DNA from: an uncultured Eubacteriales bacterium
GTDB lineage: Bacteria; Acidobacteriota; Aminicenantia; Aminicenantales; UBA8522
Reading direction: 5' to 3'
NCBI GenBank assembly: GCA_964580435.1
Contig: CAZOKP010000003.1
Coordinates: forward strand, 3,967-67,966
DNA: 64,000 bases
Shown here: positions 9,351 through 19,043 of the stretch, piece by piece
How the letters are laid out: every line of letters starts with the position of its first letter
Numbering within the stretch: the stretch's first letter is position 1
Notes under the pieces: generated by a model
What the model was told of the DNA's origin: nothing
The model's database searches: none
Seen by the model: only the letters and a program-made list of their open reading frames with translations
Position numbers and translations under genes: made by a program

Positions 9351-10598
9351 TCAGAACCTGTAGCCCACGCCGCCGCGAAAAATAAGGCCGTCCCAGAACC
9401 CGATCTCACCCAAGACAAAAAAGTTTTTATAAATTTCCCCCTTAACCCCAATGGCGGCCTGCAGAACGAGGAAGAGGTCGAGCTCAATGTCCTGTTCTTG
9501 CCGAAGCTGGTCAAAAGTCTTGCTGTCCTCACCCTGAACAGTGGACTGACTGGACCCGCGGCGATAGGTCCCCGTATAAACAAAGTTAAAGTCCCCGCCA
9601 AAAGGTCCAAACCCGAAGCCGAGGACAAAATAGGGAGTAACGCGCCAGTGGGGATTGAAGTCCCACTGAAAGCTTAGGTTCGCCGTGAACGGGTTCGTGG
9701 TCACCGTGCTTGTGCTTTCGACCGTGGCCACTGAGCCATCGGCATAATTCTGGGTCACCGGGCCTTCCATGGAGATCGTAATATTCGTTTTCTCCAAAGA
9801 AAACTCAACGCTAAACGAGCCCTCTTTTCCCAAGGGGTAATACCGGACGCCCAGGCCATAGTTGGAGCCGTTCGAACTTAGGGCAAGACTCTGCGTGCTG
9901 CTCGCAGGAACAAGACGGCCTGCGTAATGGGCGTTCAGCTGTTCCGTGACGTTCTCCAGGATTTCATCAGACACTCGGTTGGTCAAGTTCTCTTGAAGCA
10001 AAGTCTTCGCCGGACTAATACTCCAGCCGGAAAAATGGACCTCGACCTCCCAGCGGCCGGCCTTGCCTTCCTCTGGGACCATACCTGGCGCGGCCGCAGC
10101 CTGCTGCGCTGCTTTCTGGGCCTCCTCTTGTCCTCCCTCGGGCGCTTCGATTTCTGGCTCTATCTTGATGAGGCTAAGCTTGTCCGCGTTCTCTTTTTTG
10201 ACCTGGTCAAAAAGATCGACATACGTCTGGGGATGGAACAAACTGGAGACTTCCTTTTGCGGGTCCAACTCGAGGGCTTTTAAAATATATTTCTTGGAGT
10301 TCTCCGTGTCATTCAGATAAAAATAGCACAGAGAAAGGCCCATGTAGGCCCGGGACAGGTTTATTCTCTTCTCGGCGATCTGTGCGGCCTGAAGGTAATT
10401 ATCGATGGCCTTGGGATAGTTGCCGGCTGAGTACAGTTCGTCGGCCTGGCTGAGATACGCTTCCGCCCGGGCTTCTTTTTCCTGGGAAGTCTGGGCCAAG
10501 AGAGCCTGCGGAAGGCACCAAGAAAGCACTGCGATGAAGAGAAATAAAAAACAAAGACGCTGTTGGCGATTCGGCCGTCGTGTTATGCCGACCTGCAT
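9351..10598 (-). CDS. Secreted TPR-repeat protein with C-terminal outer-membrane beta-barrel-like domain
   Basis: Signal peptide, then TPR-like helices (AEAYLSQADELYSAGNYPKAIDNYLQAAQ). A Gln/Ala/Glu-rich linker follows. The C-terminal half is rich in alternating aromatic/polar strands and ends GVGYRF (terminal Phe typical of OM beta-barrels). Confidence 0.55.
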   Translation of the reverse strand: MQVGITRRPNRQQRLCFLFLFIAVLSWCLPQALLAQTSQEKEARAEAYLSQADELYSAGNYPKAIDNYLQAAQIAEKRINLSRAYMGLSLCYFYLNDTENSKKYILKALELDPQKEVSSLFHPQTYVDLFDQVKKENADKLSLIKIEPEIEAPEGGQEEAQKAAQQAAAAPGMVPEEGKAGRWEVEVHFSGWSISPAKTLLQENLTNRVSDEILENVTEQLNAHYAGRLVPASSTQSLALSSNGSNYGLGVRYYPLGKEGSFSVEFSLEKTNITISMEGPVTQNYADGSVATVESTSTVTTNPFTANLSFQWDFNPHWRVTPYFVLGFGFGPFGGDFNFVYTGTYRRGSSQSTVQGEDSKTFDQLRQEQDIELDLFLVLQAAIGVKGEIYKNFFVLGEIGFWDGLIFRGGVGYRF

Positions 10599-10775
10599 TC
10601 TCTACCTCCGTCCAATCAGTTCTCGGTCAAATTCAAGGCCATCTTAATGGTAAGTTCGTCCTTTGTCAAATGGTCTAAGTAATGATTAAGTCGCGAATGC
10701 CCAAGAATGAGGACGGCCCTCCCCGTCAACCGTCCCTTTCATCTCCCGAGCTGGCGCCCGAATACAGGGGTTCAA

Positions 10776-10805
10776 TTGACAGAACTTGCAGAGCTCATGT
10801 AAGAT
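10776..10805 (+). promoter_or_regulatory. Sigma70-like promoter (TTGACA-18-TAAGAT) upstream of the Zn metallopeptidase gene
   Basis: TTGACA at 10776-10781, TAAGAT at 10800-10805. A GGAGG RBS sits 9 nt before the ATG at 10825. Confidence 0.45.
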
Positions 10806-10824
10806 ATGCGAGGAGGATAGAGAC

Positions 10825-11514
10825 ATGTTTTTCTGGGATTATACATATATTTTCTTGATTCCGCCCCTTATCCTGGCTTTCTATGCTCAGGCGAAGGTCA
10901 GAAGTACATACGCCAAGTTCAGCCGCGTTTTCGCGTCTTCTGGGATCTCCGGGGCTCAGATGGCTGGGGAAATCTTGAACCTGGGCGGCGCCAATGACGT
11001 CAATATAGAAAAAACTCCCGGCCAGCTTAGTGATCATTACGACCCGCGAAAAAAAGCACTCCGGCTCTCGTCCGGAGTCTATGAGGGCAATTCCATTGCG
11101 GCGCTGGGTATCGCCGCTCATGAATCGGGCCATGCTCTCCAGCATCATACCGGATACATGCCGCTCCATATCAGGAACGGGATCTATCCGATCGCTAACT
11201 TCGGTTCAACGCTGGCTTTCCCCCTCTTCCTCATCGGATTTTTTATGAGTTCGAAAGGCCCGAATATCTTGATGGACATCGGCATTCTTCTCTTCGCCGG
11301 CGCCGTGCTTTTCAGCGTCTTGACCCTTCCCGTCGAGTTCAACGCTTCCCGCCGGGCCATGGCTCTTCTCGGGGAGCGGGGCTATCTCAAAGGCCAGGAA
11401 CTTGACGGAGCGAGAAAGGTCCTCCAGGCCGCTGCCCTGACATATGTCGCCGCCACCGCGATGGCCGCGATGCAGCTGCTGCGCATGTTCCTTATCCGGC
11501 AGTCCAGGGACTGA
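10825..11514 (+). CDS. Putative neutral zinc metallopeptidase (Zn_peptidase_2 family), membrane-associated
   Basis: HESGHALQHH (HExxH) motif, hydrophobic N- and C-terminal segments. The start was moved to the ATG at 10825, which has a GGAGG RBS. The track ORF begins 39 nt upstream. Confidence 0.7.
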   Translation: MFFWDYTYIFLIPPLILAFYAQAKVRSTYAKFSRVFASSGISGAQMAGEILNLGGANDVNIEKTPGQLSDHYDPRKKALRLSSGVYEGNSIAALGIAAHESGHALQHHTGYMPLHIRNGIYPIANFGSTLAFPLFLIGFFMSSKGPNILMDIGILLFAGAVLFSVLTLPVEFNASRRAMALLGERGYLKGQELDGARKVLQAAALTYVAATAMAAMQLLRMFLIRQSRD

Positions 11515-11635
11515 AGCCATCCGAGGAACCGGAGACAAAAACCCAATTCTCGTCGGAACCATCTCCTCGTCCGCGATGGACAAGCCTGTCCATCTTCGGA
11601 AGCATTTCCAATTCCGTGATAGTCCCATGATGATA

Positions 11636-11766
11636 GAAGGGGGGTGGCGTGGTTCCGGGGCCCCCCGCCGCCCCGAGCGTTTGATGCCCCGGTCTTTGGC
11701 TCTGGGAACAACATGATTGACCGCGAGGGCGCCGGGGGTGAACCGCGACAGGACCCGCCCCCATCA
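11636..11766. repeat. GC-rich ~130-nt intergenic repeat element, copy A
   Basis: Shares GGGTGGCG.GG…GGGGCCCCCCG.C.CCCG.AGCGTTT.ATGCC.CCGG … CCGCGAGG.GCG.GGGGG…CCGCGACAGGACCCG with 34061..34186, in the same orientation. Confidence 0.6.
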
Positions 11767-11861
11767 TGGAAATAGAGACGCAATCCCCATTTTCCATTTC
11801 CTTGACAGGACAAAGTGCGCGTGATAGATAAGGAAATCCTTATTCTTAAAAGAAGGAGGCT

Positions 11862-14486
11862 TTGATGCACAGAGGGTTCAAAACAATTGTTATCGTGTCG
11901 GGCGTCCTTTTTTCTTTCCTATCGTTCTTATTGGGCACTCTTGGCGCTCAGACATCTCCGGAGAAATTCCTGGGTTTCAAGCCCGGAGCAGACCGGCGGC
12001 TCGCCGATTACAGCCAGATCCAGGCCTATTTCCAGAAACTCGACCAGGAGTCAGCGAAGCTCCAGCTGCTGACCATCGGCCAATCCACGCTCAGGAAGCC
12101 GATGATCATGGCTGTCATCACCGCCGCAGAGAATATGGCTCAGCTTGATGCCTGCCGCGCCATCGTCAAGCGGCTGAGAGACGATCGCACGTTATCGCCG
12201 GAAGAGGCGGGGCAACTGGCAAAGAAAGGCAAGTCTATCCTCCTCATCACCTGCAGCCTCCATGCCAGCGAGATCGCCGCCTCCCAAATGTCCATGGAAC
12301 TGGCCTATAAGCTGGTCACGGGCGATACTCCTTTCGACGCTGCTAAAGTCCTCCAGGACGTCATTGTCCTTCTTGTGCCTACCAGTAACCCCGACGGGGA
12401 GCAGATGATCGTCGACTGGTATAGAAAAAATGTCGGCACCAAATATGAGGGCGGCCCGATGCCCTGGATCTATCATCATTATGCTGGCCACGACGATAAC
12501 CGCGATTGGTTCATGTTCAACCTTTCCGAAACCAGGGCCGTGAGCAAAGTCCTCTACCAAGACTGGCTGCCCCAGATCCATATCGATGAGCACCAGATGG
12601 GGTCCACGGAAGCTCGTCTTTTCATCCCTCCTTTCATGGACCCGCCGGTCCCCAACGTCCAGCCTCTCCTCTGGCGCAGCGTCAACCTCTGCGGGGCCAG
12701 CATGTCCTATGATCTTCAGAAAAACGGGTTCAAGGGCGTTGTGCACGGCCGCAGCTTTACCGGCTGGTATATCGGGGCCTGCGACGATACGTCTTGGCTG
12801 CACAATGTGGCTGGGATCCTCAGTGAGATGGCCTCGGTGAGAGTAGCTACGCCGATCTACATCGAGTCCAATGAAATTCCGCAATCCTATTATGAAAAGC
12901 GCATGGAGTTTATCGATCCGTGGCCGGGAGGTTGGTGGCGGCTGCGCGACCTCGTGGACTATGAACTGACGTTATCGTTGAGCCTGGTCAACACGGCCTC
13001 GCTTCACAAGGAAGATTTCCTTTTCAATTTCTACCAAATGTACAAGAATTCTGTGGAGAAGACGGACAAGAACCAGCCCTATGCCTTCGTTATCCCCGCG
13101 GCCCAGAACGACTATCCGACGACGCTCAAGATGCTCGACGTCCTGATGTTCGGAGGCGTCGAAATCCACCGGGCCAAAGCGGAATTTTTCGCTGCTGGCA
13201 AGCTCTATCCGGCCGGCTCTTTCGTGGTCAAACTCGGCCAGCCTTATAAGCCTTACGCCTGGGCCCTGCTCGAAAGGCAGAAATATCCCGACGTGCGGCA
13301 GTATCCCGGCGGCCCTCCCGTTCCTCCCTATGACAACGCCGGCTGGACTCTGCCGCTGCAGATGGGCGTCGGCTACGACCGGGTCGACGAACCGTTTGAG
13401 GCAATACTCGAAAAGTTGGATAAAGTCCCTGCCCCAGAGACCGCCAGGCCGGGAAGCGGAGCCGCTTATTACCTCCTCGACTGCCGAGTCAATGCCGCCT
13501 ACAGCGCGGTTTTTGCTCTGCTCAAGGAAAAGGCGGAAGTCTTCCGGTCCAAGGAGAAGGTCAAACTGCCGAATTTCGAGGCCGCCGCAGGGAGCTTCAT
13601 CATCAAGAACAGCCCGGCGGTCCAAAAAGTCCTGCCGTCCTTAATCGACAAATGGCACTTAGCCGTTTACGGGCTGTCCGACGCTTCCGCCCTTCCCAAA
13701 GCCCCGCTCCAGCTTCCCCGCATCGCCCTCTATCAATCCTGGCGCAGCAATATGGATGAAGGTTGGACCAGATATGTCTTCGATGACATGGGCGTCCCCT
13801 ACGCCACAATCCACAACGATGCTTTCAAGGGAGGAAAAGATAAACCCGCCGATCTAAAGGCCAAGTATGACGTCGTACTCTTCGCCGATGAGAGCGCCGA
13901 TATCATCAAGACTGGAAAGCCCAGCCCCACCTCCGAGCGGGCCCGCTTCTTCACGGCCAATTACCCTCCCGAATACGAAGGCGGCATCGAAAAAGAAGGC
14001 ATCGACGCCCTCAAGGCCTTTGTCGAATCCGGCGGCATCCTGGTGACGTTGAACGGCGCCTGCGAGCTGGCGATGAAAGACCTTCAGACTCCGGCCCGGG
14101 ATGTCCTGGAACGGGTCGACCGGGCGAAGTTCTTCTGCCCCACCTCCATTCTCCGGATCGAAGTGGATAACACTACGCCCATCGGCTACGGTCTGCCCGA
14201 AAAAGCGGCGGCTGTGTTCGCAGACAGCCCGGTCTTGGGCACCCGGATTCCCTCTCCCGAGTGGGACAGAAAAGTCGTCGCCGCTTATCCGGAAAGCGAC
14301 GTCCTGCTCAGCGGCTGGCTGCTGGGCGAGGACGAGATCGCGCGAAAAGCGGCGGTCGTGGACACAAAGTACAAGAACGGCCGCATCATCCTGATCGGTT
14401 TTCCCTGTCAGAGCAGAGCTCAGTCGCACGGAACATATAAATTCCTGCTGAACGCGCTCCTTTATCCGCAGCCCGACGAAAAATAA
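11862..14486 (+). CDS. Secreted M14-family zinc carboxypeptidase-like protein (874 aa, multi-domain)
   Basis: Signal peptide. The N-terminal domain resembles the M14 carboxypeptidase fold (…HASEIAASQM…DGEQMIVDWYRKN…). A long C-terminal extension follows. No overlapping genes. Confidence 0.6.
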   Translation: MMHRGFKTIVIVSGVLFSFLSFLLGTLGAQTSPEKFLGFKPGADRRLADYSQIQAYFQKLDQESAKLQLLTIGQSTLRKPMIMAVITAAENMAQLDACRAIVKRLRDDRTLSPEEAGQLAKKGKSILLITCSLHASEIAASQMSMELAYKLVTGDTPFDAAKVLQDVIVLLVPTSNPDGEQMIVDWYRKNVGTKYEGGPMPWIYHHYAGHDDNRDWFMFNLSETRAVSKVLYQDWLPQIHIDEHQMGSTEARLFIPPFMDPPVPNVQPLLWRSVNLCGASMSYDLQKNGFKGVVHGRSFTGWYIGACDDTSWLHNVAGILSEMASVRVATPIYIESNEIPQSYYEKRMEFIDPWPGGWWRLRDLVDYELTLSLSLVNTASLHKEDFLFNFYQMYKNSVEKTDKNQPYAFVIPAAQNDYPTTLKMLDVLMFGGVEIHRAKAEFFAAGKLYPAGSFVVKLGQPYKPYAWALLERQKYPDVRQYPGGPPVPPYDNAGWTLPLQMGVGYDRVDEPFEAILEKLDKVPAPETARPGSGAAYYLLDCRVNAAYSAVFALLKEKAEVFRSKEKVKLPNFEAAAGSFIIKNSPAVQKVLPSLIDKWHLAVYGLSDASALPKAPLQLPRIALYQSWRSNMDEGWTRYVFDDMGVPYATIHNDAFKGGKDKPADLKAKYDVVLFADESADIIKTGKPSPTSERARFFTANYPPEYEGGIEKEGIDALKAFVESGGILVTLNGACELAMKDLQTPARDVLERVDRAKFFCPTSILRIEVDNTTPIGYGLPEKAAAVFADSPVLGTRIPSPEWDRKVVAAYPESDVLLSGWLLGEDEIARKAAVVDTKYKNGRIILIGFPCQSRAQSHGTYKFLLNALLYPQPDEK

Positions 14487-14570
14487 GCGCGCCGATTTCC
14501 TATTTTTTCTATAGATTTGATATAATAATAATTGTATCGTTTTTGATTTCCACCCCAAGGAGCCTTGACT

Positions 14571-15065
14571 ATGGCGGAAGAAAAGCCGGAAGGCAAAAGG
14601 AAAAAGCTCTCCATGATCGTCCTGAGCGGGGACCTGGATAAGCTCTTCGCCGCGTTTATCATCGCCACCGGAGCGGCGGCCTCCAACATGGATGTCGTGA
14701 TGTTCTTCACGTTTTGGGGCCTGCGCGCCCTGAAGAAAAAGGTGTCCACGGGGCGGAGCCTGTTCGGCCGCCTTCTCGGGTGGATGTATGGCGGCGATAT
14801 CGAACGGGCAACCCCGAGCAAGATGAGTTTCGGCGGGATCGGCCGCTGGATGTTCAAGAAAATGATGAAGGCGAAACGCATCCCTTCTCTGGCCGAGCTG
14901 CGGCAGATGGCAATCGACCTGGGCGTCAAATTGTACGGCTGCCAGATGAGCATGGACGTCATGGAAATCCCCCGGGAAAAGATGATCGACGGCGTGGCTG
15001 CCTGCGTGGGAGTAGCCTATTTCATCGAACAGGCCCAGCAGTCGGACATCACCTTGTTCATTTGA
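14571..15065 (+). CDS. DsrE/DsrF-like family protein
   Basis: ~165 aa. A conserved Cys-containing C-terminal motif (YGCQMSMDV) is characteristic of DsrE-like sulfur-relay-like proteins. The ATG at 14571 has an AAGGAG RBS 8 nt upstream. Confidence 0.55.
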   Translation: MAEEKPEGKRKKLSMIVLSGDLDKLFAAFIIATGAAASNMDVVMFFTFWGLRALKKKVSTGRSLFGRLLGWMYGGDIERATPSKMSFGGIGRWMFKKMMKAKRIPSLAELRQMAIDLGVKLYGCQMSMDVMEIPREKMIDGVAACVGVAYFIEQAQQSDITLFI

Positions 15066-15169
15066 CCAGGGAGGCAAGAAAAGGACGCCCAAGCCCGCGG
15101 GGGCAGGTTCTTCTTCTTGCTTTGGCGGCTCATCTCTTATAAAATAAGGCTGCAAATAATGACCTTTGA

Positions 15170-16714
15170 TTGATCCAATCGATGTCAAACCTCCTCTCAG
15201 GAAAGCTCGCCCGGCTCAGGGCAAAAAAGGGCCAGCCATCTGAAGCGGAACTCGAAGCCCGCCTCGACCTGCTCTCAAAACAGCTGGTCGCGGCGGAGGC
15301 TCGTTTCTTCAACATCATCGGAAAAAATGCCGACTCCATCCTCATCGTGGACAAGAAGGGCATGGTGAATTTTGCCAACCCCGCCGCCGCCGAACTCTTC
15401 GGCCGCTCGGAGAAGGATTTCCTGGGCAAGCCTTTCGGGTTTCGCCTCTCCCACGGGAAGACCACCGAGATCGATATCCCCTCCGAGAACGGGCCATCAA
15501 AGACAGGAGAAATGCACGTCGTCGATATCGAGTGGCAGAACGCGCCGGCCTATCTCGTGACGGTGAGGGACATCACCGAGCGCAAACAGGCCGAACGGCT
15601 GAAAACGGAGATCGAAAGGCATATCCGCCTGGAAAAGCTCAAGGACGACCTCATCAACACGGTCTCCCACGAGCTCAGGACGCCTCTTTCTATTACTAAG
15701 GAGGCCATCAGTCTCATCCTGGAAAAAGTCCCGGGTGAGATCAACGACCAGCAGACAGAGATTTTGGGCATTGCCAAGAACAATATTGAACGTCTGGCCC
15801 GCATCATCAACGAGCTCCTCGACGTCTCCAAGATCGAAGCCGGCAAAGTGGAATTCAAGAAAGAGGAACTTGACCTTGGCAACCTCCTCAAGATGACCGC
15901 CCTAGCGTTCGAGGCCAAAGCCAAGGACAAGGGACTCGAATTGAGGATAGACCTCCCGGACAAACCCGTTGTGGTCTATGGTGACGAGGACAAACTCAAC
16001 CAGATTTTCACCAACCTCGTGGACAATGCTCTCAAGTTCACGCCCCAGGGGTTCATCGAGATCGCCGCCGAAGAAAATGAAACGGGCATCAGTTGCCGCG
16101 TCCGGGACTCGGGGATCGGGATCGCCAAAGACGACCTGCCGAAAATCTTTGATAAATTCACCCAGTTCGGCCGCAAGGACGGCCCCGGCGAAAAAGGGAC
16201 AGGCCTCGGCCTCTCTATCGTCAAAGGCCTTGTTGAACTGCATCATGGGGAGATCCACATTGAGAGCGAAGTCGGCCGAGGGACAACGGTCATCCTATCC
16301 TTTCCGACGTGGACGTTCGAGGAGCGACTCAATGAATACCTGTCCAGCATGATCCAGGAGGCCGCCGAAAAAAAAAGCTACTTTTCTTTGATCATCTTCA
16401 GCGTCCGCAACTTAGAAGAGATCAGCCAGGCCCTTCCGGAGAAGATGGACATCTCCTTGAAAGAGATGGAAGACGTTCTCAAAAAATCCTTGCGCCGGAG
16501 AGCGGATACGGTGATGTACAACAAAGGCAATTATTTCCTCATCCTCCCAGAGACGAAAAAAAAGGATGCGCCTTTTGTTCTGGACAGGATGAGGGAACAT
16601 CTCGACCAATATATTTCGAAAACCGATTTCCTGAGGGGCAGGATCGAGTTTGAAACACAGATTCTCTCCTACCCGGAGGAGGCTGTGGAGCTGGGCAAAT
16701 GGCTCAGCCAATAA
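15170..16714 (+). CDS. PAS-domain sensor histidine kinase with extra C-terminal GGDEF-like (degenerate) domain
   Basis: PAS region, H-box SHELRTPL, HATPase G-boxes ([16 protein letters not shown]). About 140 additional C-terminal residues resemble a degenerate diguanylate-cyclase fold (…[16 protein letters not shown]…). Confidence 0.75.
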   Translation: MIQSMSNLLSGKLARLRAKKGQPSEAELEARLDLLSKQLVAAEARFFNIIGKNADSILIVDKKGMVNFANPAAAELFGRSEKDFLGKPFGFRLSHGKTTEIDIPSENGPSKTGEMHVVDIEWQNAPAYLVTVRDITERKQAERLKTEIERHIRLEKLKDDLINTVSHELRTPLSITKEAISLILEKVPGEINDQQTEILGIAKNNIERLARIINELLDVSKIEAGKVEFKKEELDLGNLLKMTALAFEAKAKDKGLELRIDLPDKPVVVYGDEDKLNQIFTNLVDNALKFTPQGFIEIAAEENETGISCRVRDSGIGIAKDDLPKIFDKFTQFGRKDGPGEKGTGLGLSIVKGLVELHHGEIHIESEVGRGTTVILSFPTWTFEERLNEYLSSMIQEAAEKKSYFSLIIFSVRNLEEISQALPEKMDISLKEMEDVLKKSLRRRADTVMYNKGNYFLILPETKKKDAPFVLDRMREHLDQYISKTDFLRGRIEFETQILSYPEEAVELGKWLSQ

Positions 16715-16720
16715 GAGGGA

Positions 16721-17698
16721 ATGAAGATGTCTAAAATCTTGGTTATCGAAGACGAGCCAGATCAGAACAAATTGATCAAACTCCGCCTTGAGGCCAGGGG
16801 GTATCTCGTCATGTCCGTGGGCAAGGCCAAAGAAGGCATTGACGTCGCTAAAAAAGAAAGACCAGACCTGATCCTCATGGACATGATCTTGCCGGATATG
16901 CATGGACTCGATGCCACGATCAAGCTCAAAAGAAGTCCAGAGACGGGAAACATACCGATTATCGCCCTTTCAGCCGTGGGGTCGCCCGACTTCATGAAGG
17001 CCTGCCTGCAGGAGGGGATCCTCGCCTACATCAGGAAACCTTATGACCCCCGGGAGCTCTTTAAAACCATCGAAAAATATGTCCCGCTCGCTGCCACAGA
17101 GCCCAAAGCCAAGGCTAAGCCGGCCCCGCCGCCGACTCCGCCGAGCTATGAGGGCAAGCTGGAGGAAATCGAAAAGGAATTCAAAAAAAAGCCAGAAAAG
17201 GCGGTCAAAAGGAAAAAGAGTGTCGATGAGCTCCTCAAGGGGGCCCTTGCCGACTTCGAGATCCCCCTCGATAAGAAACAATCGCCGCTGGCAGCGCATG
17301 AGAAAAGGTCAGCCCGCCCCAAGGAACGGCTTAAAAGCGTCCTGCTCATTGATGATGATACGACTTTCGCCAAGATTATTGCCCCCTGTCTCACAGAACA
17401 CGGCTACGAAGTCATGATCGCCCTGGATGGGGTGAGCGGACTGAGACAGGCCTTCCAGCGGAAGCCCGATTTGATTCTTCTGAATTTGATCCTGCCCGGG
17501 AGCGGCGGGGACGCCGTTCTGTCAAACCTGCGAAAATCTCCCGATACTGAGCATCTTCCCGTCTTCATTATGTCGAGCCTTTTATCTCCCAGAAAGCTCG
17601 AGGAAAAGGCCCGCGAAATCGGGGCGCAGGGGTACATTTCCAAACCCGTCGAGCCTGAGGACCTCCTCTATATCATCGATTCAGTCATCGGATCTTGA
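16721..17698 (+). CDS. Response regulator with two receiver (REC) domains and no output domain
   Basis: Two CheY-like modules (ILVIEDEPD…DLILMDMILPDM ; VLLIDDDT…DLILLNLILPGSGG). They are separated by a Pro/Lys-rich linker. Confidence 0.8.
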   Translation: MKMSKILVIEDEPDQNKLIKLRLEARGYLVMSVGKAKEGIDVAKKERPDLILMDMILPDMHGLDATIKLKRSPETGNIPIIALSAVGSPDFMKACLQEGILAYIRKPYDPRELFKTIEKYVPLAATEPKAKAKPAPPPTPPSYEGKLEEIEKEFKKKPEKAVKRKKSVDELLKGALADFEIPLDKKQSPLAAHEKRSARPKERLKSVLLIDDDTTFAKIIAPCLTEHGYEVMIALDGVSGLRQAFQRKPDLILLNLILPGSGGDAVLSNLRKSPDTEHLPVFIMSSLLSPRKLEEKAREIGAQGYISKPVEPEDLLYIIDSVIGS

Positions 17699-17794
17699 AT
17701 CTGTCTCGGAGGCCCGAGAAACTACTAAAAGGAAAAGAGCTTGTCGAGCCGCTCCGTTTAAGCTAAAATTGATCTAAAGGGAAAATAGGAGCCC

Positions 17795-18556
17795 ATGGAA
17801 AAAAAGCGCATCTTGATCGTCGATGAGGAAGAGGACTTCGTTAAGATGCTCCGGGCCCGGCTTCAGATCGAGGGCTACGAGGTCCTCATCGCCGAAGACG
17901 GGACCAAGGGCCTTCAGATCGCCCGCAAAGAAAGACCTGACCTGATCATCCTGGATATCATGATGCCGGGAATGGATGGCCACGCGGTCTGTGATATGCT
18001 CAAGAAATCGAGCTTGACTTGGTCAATTCCAATCATCTATCTGACGGCGAAAAGCAGCCCGGCCGACGAGGTCCTGGCCCTGGAAAAAGGGGCCAAGTAT
18101 TTCCTGACCAAACCGTACAATCCGCCGATGCTCCTCGAAATGGTCAAGAGCGCCATCATGGATACTAACCAGGTCCCCAAAAAACAAGACCGAATTCTCG
18201 TCATCGATAAAGACCTCGGTTTTGCGGATGAGGCGGGAGCCAGGCTCAAGCAGGCAGGATTCGAAGTCGTATCCGCTCTAACGGCAGAGCAAGGACTCCG
18301 GGAGGCCAGAGAGCATTCGCCCGATATTATTCTGCTGGACTTCCTGACATCCCATGAGGATTCCCATGCCAGCGTCAAAATCATCAGCAGCGACGAAATC
18401 CTTCAGAATATTCCTCTGTTTGTCCTGGCTCCTGAAGCCATTATGGCCAAGGCGGACAAAAACCTGCCTAACCTCGAAAAATTTATCACCAAGCCCGTGA
18501 ACTATATCCTGCTCTTGGAGACGCTCCGCAGAACTCTGGAGACGAGGAAGGCTTAA
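17795..18556 (+). CDS. Response regulator, tandem receiver domains
   Basis: The N-terminal REC has ILIVDEEEDF…DLIILDIMMPGMDG. A second CheY-like module follows. No DNA-binding output domain. Confidence 0.75.
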   Translation: MEKKRILIVDEEEDFVKMLRARLQIEGYEVLIAEDGTKGLQIARKERPDLIILDIMMPGMDGHAVCDMLKKSSLTWSIPIIYLTAKSSPADEVLALEKGAKYFLTKPYNPPMLLEMVKSAIMDTNQVPKKQDRILVIDKDLGFADEAGARLKQAGFEVVSALTAEQGLREAREHSPDIILLDFLTSHEDSHASVKIISSDEILQNIPLFVLAPEAIMAKADKNLPNLEKFITKPVNYILLLETLRRTLETRKA

Positions 18557-18584
18557 GACAAGCGGGCTCAAAGACGCTGGCGGA

Positions 18585-18968
18585 TTATTCGCCTCTCAAA
18601 ATGCCCATGGCTTTATCGATATCCGAGACATCCAGGATGATCGAGGTGGCGCTTCCCTTCCGGCTTAGGGTCCCGTAACAATAATCAATATTGATTCCTT
18701 TGTTTCCCAGCACGGCAGTCACGTCAGCTAAGGCGCCCGGCCGATTTTCCAGGTCGATTTTGAGGACATCGCGCGTCTCCGTTGTGTAATTCAGCTTATT
18801 GAGGAGCTTCACTGCCTTGTTGAGGTTCTTGACATAGATCTTGGCCGTATCGTGGAAAACCCCGATCGCCTCAATGTTGATCTCATGTTCGGCCAGGTGG
18901 CTGCACAATTCGCCCAAGGTGGAAGGCCGATTTTCCAGGACGACAAAAATTTCGGTGATTCTTTCCAT
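18585..18968 (-). CDS. ACT domain-containing protein
   Basis: 127 aa with two small regulatory ACT-like repeats (FVVLENRPSTLGEL… / LENRPGALADVTAVLGNKGINI). Confidence 0.6.
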   Translation of the reverse strand: MERITEIFVVLENRPSTLGELCSHLAEHEINIEAIGVFHDTAKIYVKNLNKAVKLLNKLNYTTETRDVLKIDLENRPGALADVTAVLGNKGINIDYCYGTLSRKGSATSIILDVSDIDKAMGILRGE

Positions 18969-19043
18969 TATTCCCCCATCTTATTAGGTTTGGCCATGAT
19001 ATGCCTTAGGGCTGAGGCCCTTTGTGTGTTCCCGAGCGTGGTC

